The notes under the pieces were generated by a model. It searched no databases. It saw only the letters and a program-made list of their open reading frames with translations, and had not been told where the DNA came from. Of a stretch of 64,000 nucleotides of DNA, positions 41,360 through 52,500 are shown in pieces. Within the stretch, counting starts at the first letter, position 1. Each line of letters starts with the position of its first letter. The translations under genes were made by a program, and so were the position numbers. Source of the stretch: Macrostomum lignano (lineage: Eukaryota). The stretch lies in the NCBI GenBank assembly GCA_002269645.1, contig NIVC01000309.1, positions 372,001 through 436,000 of the forward strand, given 5' to 3'.

Positions 41360-43634
41360 GGTCAATTTGGCAACGACCATTTTGGCAACAAATATGATAG
41401 AAAAATTACAAATATCTATGGTATAGTGAACTACCCCCTAGCTGACATGACTCCCCAGCAGGCATTTTGTTGAAACTGTTTTAGAATTGAATGCCTAAGT
41501 TTCAGACTCACTTTATTATATTATATTATTTGATTGATACTTTCACTGTCCCTCTATGTACATTATATACACCATGCTCTGCCTAAGTGACTATCAGTTC
41601 ATCTCCCTCATCTCTTTCGTCTAATCAAATCCAATCTGATTAGTATAGTACAAGTGTATATGGCAGAGTGGAATAATGGCAAAAATATGAGCGCGCTACC
41701 ATTGTGCTACAATTCAAAGCAAGCCTTGCAGTGTATGTAGTTGGTTGCTTATTGCACGTTGGAGATCACAAGAACATAAAGCACGTTGTAGCTTGCAAAA
41801 TGGAAAAAGAATGGGGAGAAAGAGGTGCTATAAAAGCAATCAGTTGGTGTCATATGCTGACTTATCAGTCAGCCAATCATGTCTAGTTGTGTTGTGTGCA
41901 ATGTCAGAGTTTGAAAAAGGCAGCAAAGGCTGGAGTATAATGGATGTTGCACATAGCAGTATTGAACTTGCAATAGTGGCATTACTTAGGAAGAGTATTA
42001 CCAGCTAAATAAGCTAGATGGCTTTGACTGGCTGTGTAACTTTTGCTCACAGCAGCACTAGCCTGAGCAGCACCAGCCTGACCATAGTCGGGAAGGTGGC
42101 ACAGTGTGCGCCGGAACTATTTTGATGGCTTTTGAGCACTGTGCGCCGTGCGCCATGAAGAAAAGATTTTGTGCGCCGCAGCGCGCCATGATAAGGTAAG
42201 TCTAAGGTAAGGTAAGGTAAGGTAAGGTATTTTTTCTACCATAAGGAATTTAGGGCAGACAAATTTGAATTTCATTTACGTATTTTATATCGTGATTTAT
42301 GTAATTTACGTAATTTACGTAATTTTATTTTACGAATTATGGAATTAGGCCTGACATATATTTTGCAAAGTATAACGAAGTGTAACTATATATTTTTTCA
42401 GCGCCATGCGCCTTGTGCGCCACCAGAGCATTTCCAATTTTTCCTTGTACGCCGTGTGCGCTGTGTGTGCCAAAAAAGGGCCAATTTGCGCCGGAAAATT
42501 CACCAAAAACTGCCACCTTCCCAGCTATGGCAGCCTGACAAGCACGAGCAGCACTAGCCTGAGCAGCACCAGCCTGACAAGCACAAGCAGCACCAGCCTG
42601 AGCAGCACCAGCCTAACAAGCACAAGCAGCACTAGCCTGACAAACATTGACATGAGCCATACCTGAGCCATTTAATCAGCTGTACTGCATGCATTCATTT
42701 GTTACTGGTCCTGAAGGTCACCTGAATCAGGTACCAGTGCTCATGATGGTCTTGATGTCCGGCAGAGGCTACCAGGACTACCGCTTGGTCTTCTCTGCCG
42801 CACGTGATGTGCTCCATGGCCGGCCATCCAAATGCATGATGGACTTTGAGGCTGCAATGTGGCGAGCAGTATGCACCAAATTTCCAACTGCAGTGCATCG
42901 CGGTTGTGCCTTCCACTACACACAGGCAATTTACCGCCAGATCGTCACGATTTGGACTTTCACAAGCTTACTTGGATGATGTCGACAGCTGCCAGTTTTC
43001 TGCCAACAGCTCATGGCGTTGCCTTTTCTGCCAGGTAACCGAATCGCAAATGCATTTTACATACTCCAAAGCACGGTCATAGACAATGAGCTCAACAGGC
43101 TCTGCAACTATGTCCAGGGCACGTGGATCTGCAACTCTAACTGCCGAGTTCATGAACTCTCAGTCTTTCAGTTATCGATTAGAACAAACAAGGAATTGTA
43201 ATTCAAATGGACTAACATTTAAAGTCCTCTACAAGCTTTTTTCTTGTCATTTCTTAAGAACATTAATTTCTTATTGTAATTCATTCATTTTATTGTACTT
43301 TTGGTGTCCAAGCATCCATCAGTGTCTAGGTTTTATACTGTTGACACATTGATTAAGTTTTACATTAAAAATTGTTTTAACATAGGTTTAACAAAGCTTG
43401 TAAAACTTAATGTAAAGTTTTACACTATAATTCGTTTTAACAACATTTAAACAAAGGTTGTAAATTTGTGTAAGTTCTGAAATTTTTTGTTGCTATGAGA
43501 TAAGAATCCTGTTCCTATGCCAAAATTCTTAAACATTCAAAATCCTATTTAAGAATTGTTGCCAAAATGGTTATTGCTGAATTGACCTGTCACCAAAATG
43601 GGTGTCACCAAAATGTTTTGTCGCCAAAATGGAC
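41360..43634 (+). mobile_element. Decayed Mutator-like (MULE) DNA transposon with a transposase pseudogene (42689-43200)
   Basis: Fragments VPVLMMVLMSGRGYQDY...MMDFEAAMWRAV..FP.AVHRGCAFHYTQAIYR and MALPFLP....AF...LCNYVQGTWI are MULE DDE-type. Imperfect inverted repeats lie at 41360-41389 and 43558-43587, with further CCAAAATG subterminal repeats to 43634. Confidence 0.8.
42082..42530. mobile_element. hAT-type non-autonomous element (449 bp) nested inside the MULE
   Basis: TIRs CCATAGTCGGGAAGGTGGCA / TGCCACCTTCCCAGCTATGG; 8-bp TSD CAGCCTGA at 42074-42081 and 42531-42538; many internal TGCGCC subterminal motifs. Confidence 0.9.
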
Positions 43635-45101
43635 CAGATTCTATTTAAGTAGCTTAAAATGACTTAAAATGATTTTAAGCACCATTTTAACGTCCTCAGT
43701 AAAACAAAACAAATGACAAAATTTTCTTCTTAAAATATATTTGTGTTTATAAACAGTGTTTTTAGAATTATAAGAAAACTGTTTTAATATTTTAAGCAAC
43801 TAGATAGTCAGTCTAAACTTATTTACTATTTGTAATAGTTTTTTACTATTTGAGACTGTAAATTTTAACAAATTGTTAAGTGAGAAACATTAGTCAATAT
43901 TGCTTCAGTAAATTGTTTATTACTAGTGTTATTCATTTAGTGTAAATAATCATTCTAACAATGCTAAATATCAGTCTAAATTACTTTGTTGACATGTGTA
44001 ATCAAGTCTATGTAAACATTGAAATGCAGAAGTAAATGCAGAAGAACACTCTTGACTCTTCATGCCTTTAGACTACAATACATGTACATGTATTAGTGCT
44101 AATTAATTAGTCAAGGTTAAAAAATTAACCTTCACCTTCTTCTAAGTCACTGTGCTCCTCAATCATATCAGAATAGAGTGCAAGTTTTTTGCAACCTGCA
44201 TGGCTATGTGTGTATCACATCATATCGGCAGTGCCCACTGTTTCTGTCAGTCAAAGTGTTTCTGATTCAATTGGCTATACATGTACCTATAAACAGGGCT
44301 TGACATCAGTGTGCGGGCATGGCCTGCTTCACATCACATTGTTAATTATTAAAATGGGTGCATGTAAATTGTTAGCTTTTAGGACAAATCCACTGCACTT
44401 TTACTTTCCTTAGCAGAACATTTTGCTCAAGGCTAGAAAAAAGAATAAAATAGAATAATGGTAAATTATATTAATTTGTTGCAAATGAACTTTAAATTAG
44501 ACTGAATTTAGCATGGCTAATCATACAAGCGAATGAATTTATTTATAAAATTTCTGACATTAAAGTAGTTTTGGCATAAAAATAAGACTGAAAAATTTAA
44601 ACTATCAACTTTAGTTTGTGCAAATTTAAAGTTCATTAGAGACCAGTATTTATTAGCAATGAGAATTTTTAGCTTAAGTAACAGTGCATTTATTAAGTGT
44701 ATCAATGTGGTAATATTAATTTAATTTTTATGAAATAGTCTGGGTGTGACTGTTTCTGCAATTGATAGAGACATTTTATAAATTGCATTTGTGAAATAGC
44801 ACTATATCATAAGATTTAGCAAAAATGCTTAAATTGAATCAAACCTTAATATCTAGTCTATTATCACTTAGGTTTTGGTCCATTATGGTCCATTGCAGTC
44901 CTGTTGTAGTCCATTGTGGTCTATTGTGTCTATTGCAGTGTTTACATGGACTGCAATTCCTGTTCCTATGCCAAAATAAAATACCAAATGATAATGTTCT
45001 CTAATTGATAATATGGTATAAGATTCTAATCCTTCAAAATCTTATGTTGCTTTTTATATCTATGTTTTGACAATGGCTAGGCCACTAGGCCCTATTTCTC
45101 T

Positions 45102-45640
45102 GGTTCCTGGACACTTTGTCATCTTACTACTTTGTAATTTACTCATATTTCTAGACACTTCATTATCTTACCACTTTGTTATCTATAATAACTGTGGATA
45201 CTTTGTCATTTACTCCCTGGACACTTTGTAATCCACTTTGTCTAAAAAAATTAGCTATCTAAATGTAACTTCGTTAGCTAAGTTGTATCAGTAGTCATAA
45301 ATATATGTGGCCACACTGTGTCTAAATAGGGGCCTATTTATATATGCAACTATAAATATTAAGATTAAAGACATTATATATAACATGTATATGTATCTAC
45401 ATATAGTCGCCTTCCTCCTTTTACATTCTGGGCTTGGGACCAGACAATGGCAGAGTTACAACCCACAAAGATAGTTGTCAAATAGTTGTATAATTGTGTA
45501 GTCTTATTTGCTTTTCATATGTGATTTCATGATTTCATCTAGATTTTTAACATTTTTTTGGTATGACAAAGCATCCAAAAACCATGGTCACTTTGTCATC
45601 TGGATGATGAACTGGTAAGATAACAAAGTGTCCAGGAACC
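45102..45640. mobile_element. Non-autonomous DNA transposon (MITE-like), about 540 bp
   Basis: TIRs GGTTCCTGGACACTTTGTCATC / GATAACAAAGTGTCCAGGAACC; flanks ATTTCTCT and ATTTTTCT (8-bp TSD with one mismatch); internal ACACTTTGT repeats. Confidence 0.75.
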
Positions 45641-45918
45641 ATTTTTCTAGGCTAGTCCAATATGTGCAAATGGTTAATCATTATTTGGTCTGCTACTAGT
45701 TGTCTAGGCCTACCATTTTTCATTTACAAAAATATATTAGAATTATTTTCTGCCAAAAATTAAAAAATATATATATGATATCAGTTTAATGACTATGAGT
45801 TTATAATGAAATAGTGATAATATAATAAACTTATTTCTTCATATTACAAGAGTTATTCATTGGAGATAATGATCAAGGATAAAGATAATGATCAATTTTT
45901 TATACAACTTAATGATTG

Positions 45919-46265
45919 CATTGAAATTGCTCAAAATAAAATTCACCTTAAAATCAATATTCAATGCTTCAGTTGACTGATGAATAGCTTCTTTAGGTCA
46001 TTCCATTGCTAAATTATGGCTTATTAAGTGATAGGTCCAAGAAAATAAATTGCAATTTTAACCTAACTATTCGGAAAACTTTGTTTATAGTCATAAAGAT
46101 TTATTCTTAAGGTCAGTTACAAGCTAGGATGCATTTTCAAGCTAAAAAATAGGGCCAAAAAGAGAAAGGTAGGGCCATTGTACATCTAGCTCATATGCAT
46201 AATGTCTTTATATTAGTGAATTAGATCACTTTTCAAGGTAAGTTTTAATTTGAGCAATTTCAATG
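45919..46265. mobile_element. Probable MITE remnant with ~31-bp imperfect inverted repeats
   Basis: CATTGAAATTGCTCAAAATAAAATTCACCTT at 45919 and AAGGTAAGTTTTAATTTGAGCAATTTCAATG ending at 46265; no TSD seen. Confidence 0.5.
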
Positions 46266-46563
46266 TGACGAAAAAAAAGTTATGTACAAACAATCACTAT
46301 CCCAACAAACATCCCTTGGCCTTATAGTGACAATTGACAATAAATTTTGAAGTATGACCATATCTAAAATAATAATTCACACATGTTGTCCTGATCACAA
46401 CTTTCTGGACATCCCTCATATCTACATAGATTATATGTAAAACTATACATAATACCTATGACCCTTTGTTAAATGATGAGTCTTTCTAATCCAATTTCAG
46501 TGGTCCATTGGCATAGCAACAAAGCCTTGAATCAAGTGGACTTTTTGCAGTTGCCAGACTTAG

Positions 46564-49500
46564 ATGCAGCCAAACCCGGTCCGCTTAAGGCCCGGAGACC
46601 GATGCACCTGCTGCCCGAACGGCTACCACGTGGACAGAAGTTATCTGGACGCTGTTGGCGCGACCAGCAACTACTCGATGGAGAGCTCCAGATCGGCTTA
46701 TCAACGATCTACAACTACAATGCAGAATGGATCTGTGCTGTCTTCCTATGAGCAGCAACAGCAGAGAAGCAGCGCTTATTACAGCGACGCCGGCAGCAGC
46801 AGGCGGCCTCCCGGCAGTGCCAGCGGCGCCAGCTACAACGGCGAGCCAGGTATTAATCCGGACGATGAGGGCGACTTTTTTGCCACCTACGGCACTAAGC
46901 TGGACAGGCGAACGGTGCGTCGGGATTTGGAGGCCGACGAGAATCGGCAACGTGATGAGGAGGAGGCCAAACGACGTCAGCAGGAGGCCCAGCGGGAGCA
47001 GGAGCGAGAGCGGCGGCGGCAGGAGCGGCGCCGGCGAAAGCAGCAACAGCAGCAGCAGCAGCTGGAGGAGAAGCAGCCGTCGCCCAGGCGACTGTCGCCT
47101 ATGCCAGAGAGCTCACCGCCTAAGGTGTCTAGAAGGGCACCGCCTCCGCCTCCTCCACCGCCGCCGCCGCCCCAGCCGCCTAGGCCGAATCGGCGGCTAA
47201 ACGAGCTTGAGAAGCTGCTGCCGCATCTGGAGGAGCAGTTCAAAAGCCTGCGGGACGCGGAGCCGCCAGCAGAAGCCACTCCACCGCAGAAGCCTCGCCG
47301 AGAAACAAAAACTTCGACAGCGCAGACGGATCCGGACAGCCCGCCGCCGACACCGCTACCGACTGTCAGCAAATCCACCGAGACTGAGCGACCGCCTGTG
47401 GCGGGCTATCGAACCCAGTCTACTGGCACCGACGATTTTAGTCGGTCGGCCTCGGTCAAGGCCGCCGCCGCTGCCGACGAGTCCGACGGCGAACCGGTGC
47501 AAAAGAAGCCGGCAGTAGCGGCTAAACAGCCGCCGCCAGCTGTGCCGCCGAAACCGGCTGTGAAGAAGCGTCCGCTACCTCTGTTGAGCGCGTGCGTTGG
47601 AACTGACCCGCTGCCGCCGCCGCCGCCGCCGCCGCCTCCACCACCGCAGTCAGATGCCAGCGTCATCACCGATCCGCTTCCGCCACCTCCTCCCCTGACC
47701 GACTCCAGCGTTGTCACCGACCCGTTGTTGCCTCCGCCGCCTCAGTCCGACGCCAGCGTGTCCACCGATGCGCCGCCTCAGCTTGTGCACTTCGGCCAGC
47801 AGATCTCCGCTTCAGACGATCCGGCCGAGGTGCTTGAAGATTCCATTCCGGCGCCGCCTGCGCCGCTTGCCGAATTGGCGCCGCCGCCTGCCCGTGTGCC
47901 ACCGTCCGAGGCCGGCCTGCCGCCCATTCTTGACGATCCGCGAGTTCAGGACGATGACGACAATAACAATGGTTGCGAGTGCATCGAGGAGACGATCATA
48001 CCGGAGCGGGCTAACGTCGTGGAGACGGGCACCAGCACCACCTTCAGCTGGATGTTTCCCTCGCAGGCGACGAGTACAGACGACTTGCCGCAGCCTCCGC
48101 TGCCCGAACCGCCGGCGCATTCAAAGCCGGAGAGCAGCGACTTTGAGCAGCAGTTCAGTCCGCCGCCGCCGCCGCCGCCCTCCAGTTTAACAGACACGGC
48201 CGTTTCCACTGTCCGCGTGCTCACCAACTGCAGCGACACCCAGACGGACCCGCTGCCCTCGCCGCCAACTCCGCCGTCGCCGCCACCGACGCCGTCTCCA
48301 TCGCCAGCTCCGGTCGTGTCAGTCGGTGTCGGCGATTTCGACGTTTGCGACGTTGAAATGGCGACAAAATCGTGCGGCACAGACGGAGGCCCCGCCGCCC
48401 CGATGGTGACGTCGAATGTCGAATGTCGGATGCTGAAGTTAGTCGACGTTGGGTCGGAATTCTCCTTGCACACGCATGCAACCTCGGCTCGCGACTCCGG
48501 TTCGTTCCATCGGCAGGAGGCGGAGGCGACCTCTGCAACTACGATGTCGGCCAGCTATCGTCAGAAGCATGAAGAGAAGCAACAGATTCTGCAACAGAGG
48601 CAGCAATTAGAGCAAGCTTATCAGCAGAAACTGCAGCTAATCGAACGCGAGCATGTTAGCACAGTGAATCATCTCAGGTCAGTGATAACAGAACTGGAGA
48701 GACAGGTGAGCACGTATCAGTCAACTGTAGTTGAGCTGAAGCAGCAGCAGTCGGCAGCATCAAAGTCAATCCGCAGGCGCAATGTTGGCCTAATTGTGAA
48801 ACCATCCTGTCGCGATGTCGGCATCAATTTTGTCGCCGAGGAGGCCAAACCGTCTCAACGTTCCGTCGGTATCGGCGTCGAACTCCAGCCGCCGGCGGCC
48901 AGCAGCAGCAGTAGCAGCAGGATTGAAGAATCGACCAGATCATCCACAACTAGAAGCGAAAGTTCTCTGCTCAACTCGGTTCAGCAGTCGTCCACAGAAG
49001 TGGTGGCTCCCGCGCCTCCGCCGCCGCCAGTCACGTCCACAACCATAATTAGCCAGAGGCACGCCGCTCAGACCATCATCCAACAGTTGCACCAGACCTA
49101 CGGTATTAGCACTGTTGAGCTTGTCAATCTTATTAGTCAGCTCCTACGACGCGACGTTAGAAGCTGCGGACTACAGGTTAGGGTGCAATGTTTGTTATTG
49201 TTGTAGACCTAGTTTATGTTGATAGCCGCTTTACTAAACTGTCTTGTCTGTCAGGTACGCTCTCTGTCAGCTGTAGGTCAGCCTGTAGTTGTCTGTCAAT
49301 CTGTAACTGTCTGTCAGATAGGCCAACAGTCAGTCTGTAATTGTCTGTCAGATGGGCCAACAGTCAGTCTGTAATTGTCTGTCAGTTAGTCCAACAGGCA
49401 GTCTGTAATTGTCAGATGGGCCAACAGTCAGTCTGTAATTGTCTGTCAGTTAGGCCAACAGTCAGTCTGTAATTGTCTGTCAGTTAGGCCAACAGTCAGT

Positions 49501-52500
49501 CTGTAATTGTCTGTCAGATAGGCCAACAGTCAGTCTGTAATTGTCTGTCAGTTAGGCCAACAGGCAGTCTGTAATTGTCTGTCAGATAGGCTAACAGTCA
49601 GTCTGTAATTGTCTGTCAGATAGGCCAACAGTCAGTCTGTAATTGTCTGTCAGTTAGGCCAACAGTCAGTCTGTAATTGTCTGTCAGTTAGGCCAACAGT
49701 CAGTCTGTCATTGTCTGTCAGTTAGGCCAACAGTCAGTCTGTAATTGTTTGTCAGCCTGTAATTGTCTATCCGATAGGTCAACAGTCGGTCTGTAACTGT
49801 CTGTCAGATGGGCCAACAGGCAGTCTGTAATTGTCAGATGGGCCAACAGTCAGTCTGTAATTGTCTGTCAGTTAGGCCAACAGGCAGTCTGTAATTGTCT
49901 GTCAGATGGGCCAACAGTCAGTCTGTAATTGTCTGTCAGTTAGGCCAACAGTCAGTCTGTAATTGTCTGTCAGATGGGCCAACAGTCAGTCTGTAATTGT
50001 CTGTCAGTTAGGCCAACAGGCAGTCTGTAATTGTCTGTCAGTTAGGCCAACAGGCAGTCTGTAATTGTCAGATGGGCCAACAGGCAGTCTGTAATTGTCT
50101 GTCAGATGGGCCAACAGGCAGTCTGTAATTGTCTGTCAGTTAGGCCAACAGGCAGTCTGTAATTGTCAGATGGGCCAACAGGCAGTCTGTAATTGTCTGT
50201 CAGATGGGCCAACAGTCAGTCTGTAATTGTCTGTCAGTTAGGCTAACAGGCAGTCTGTAATTGTCTGTCAGTTAGGCCAACAGTCAGTCTGTAATTGTCT
50301 GTCAGATAGGCCAACAGTCAGTCTGTCTGTAATTGTCTGTCAGATGGGCCAACAGTCAGTCTGTAATTGTCTGTCAGTTAGGCCAACAGTCAGTCTGTAA
50401 TTGTCTGTCAGTTAGGCCAACAGTCAGTCTGTAATTGTTTGTCAGCCTGTAATTGTCTATCCGATAGGTCAACAGTCGGTCTGTAACTGTCTGTCAGATG
50501 GGCCAACAGGCAGTCTGTAATTGTCAGATGGGCCAACAGTCAGTCTGTAATTGTCTGTCAGTTAGGCCAACAGGCAGTCTGTAATTGTCAGATGGGCCAA
50601 CAGTCAGTCTGTAATTGTCTGTCAGTTAGGCCAACAGTCAGTCTGTAATTGTCTGTCAGATGGGCCAACAGTCAGTCTGTAATTGTCTGTCAGTTAGGCC
50701 AACAGGCAGTCTGTAATTGTCTGTCAGTTAGGCCAACAGGCAGTCTGTAATTGTCAGATGGGCCAACAGGCAGTCTGTAATTGTCAGATGGGCCAACAGT
50801 CAGTCTGTAATTGTCTGTCAGTTAGGCCAACAGGCAGTCTGTAATTGTCAGATGGGCCAACAGTCAGTCTGTAATTGTCTGTCAGTTAGGCCAACAGTCA
50901 GTCTGTAATTGTCTGTCAGATGGGCCAACAGTCAGTCTGTAATTGTCTGTCAGTTAGGCCAACAGGCAGTCTGTAATTGTCTGTCAGTTAGGCCAACAGG
51001 CAGTCTGTAATTGTCAGATGGGCCAACAGGCAGTCTGTAATTGTCTGTCAGATGGGCCAACAGTCAGTCTGTAATTGTCTGTCAGTTAGGCTAACAGGCA
51101 GTCTGTAATTGTCTGTCAGTTAGGCCAACAGTCAGTCTGTAATTGTCTGTCAGTTAGGCTAACAGTCAGTCTGTAATTGTCTGTCAGTTAGGCCAACAGT
51201 CAGTCTGTAATTGTCTGTCAGTTAGGCCAACAGTCAGTCTGTAATTGTGTGTCAGTTAGGCCAACAGTCAGTCTGTAATTGTCTGTCAGTTAGGCCAACA
51301 GGCAGTCTGTAATTGTCAGATGGGCCAACAGTCAGTCTGTAATTGTCTGTCAGTTAGGCCAACAGTCAGTCTGTAATTGTCTGTCAGATGGGCCAACAGT
51401 CAGTCTGTAATTGTCTGTCAGTTAGGCCAACAGGCAGTCTGTAATTGTGTGTCAGTTAGGCCAACAGGCAGTCTGTAATTGTCAGATGGGCCAACAGGCA
51501 GTCTGTAATTGTCTGTCAGATGGGCCAACAGTCAGTCTGTAATTGTCTGTCAGTTAGGCTAACAGGCAGTCTGTAATTGTCTGTCAGTTAGGCCAACAGT
51601 CTGTAATTGTCTGTCAGTTAGGCTAACAGTCAGTCTGTAATTGTCTGTCAGTTAGGCCAACAGTCAGTCTGTAATTGTCTGTCAGATGGGCCAACAGTCA
51701 GTCTGTAATTGTGTGTCAGTTAGGCCAACAGTCAGTCTGTAATTGTGTGTCAGTTAGGCCAACAGTCAGTCTGTAATTGTGTGTCAGTTAGGCCAACAGT
51801 CAGTCTGTAATTGTCTGTCAGTTAGGCTAACAGTCAGTCTGTAATTGTGTGTCAGTTAGGCCAACAGTCAGTCTGTAATTGTCTGTCAGTTAGGCCAACA
51901 GTCAGTCTGTAATTGTTTTCAGTCTGCAATCGTCTATAAAAAATTCCCTCGATTTGCCCCCAGGTGTCTCCAGAGACGCAGTCGCTGGGCACGGCGGCCC
52001 CAGACGGGTCTGTGTACACCGAATCGAAGGGCACAGGCGACGAGGACGAGATGCGCACGGATGTCCGTCAGGTCCGCGAGCACCTGCTCCGAGGCGCCTC
52101 TGTGCAGGCGAAATCGCCAATGTCAAATAAATTCGCCTTCACCGAACGAGTTTATAACTACGAGGCGGCTACGAATACTCTGCACCCGACTTATCGGGAT
52201 GCGCACACTTCGACTGGTCCTGAGCTCGGCTTGGCGACAGTTCAGAATGCGTCACCCACTCGGATCGGCAATCAGCAGGTTCGAGTTGAGAGCAGCAGTC
52301 ACTCTACAACTGTTAATCGGGCTCAAACTCAGAGTGCCTCCGTGTTCGACTGGTCAGTGGCCGGGCCGCGGCCGTACGCCCGGACGCAGATTCCCATGCG
52401 AGGCTCAGCAGTGCCAGACGATTTGCCAATTCGTCGGTACAGCGGCGATCACGGCGACGACGACAATTCGATGCCGACAACGCCGGAGACGCCGCCGAGA

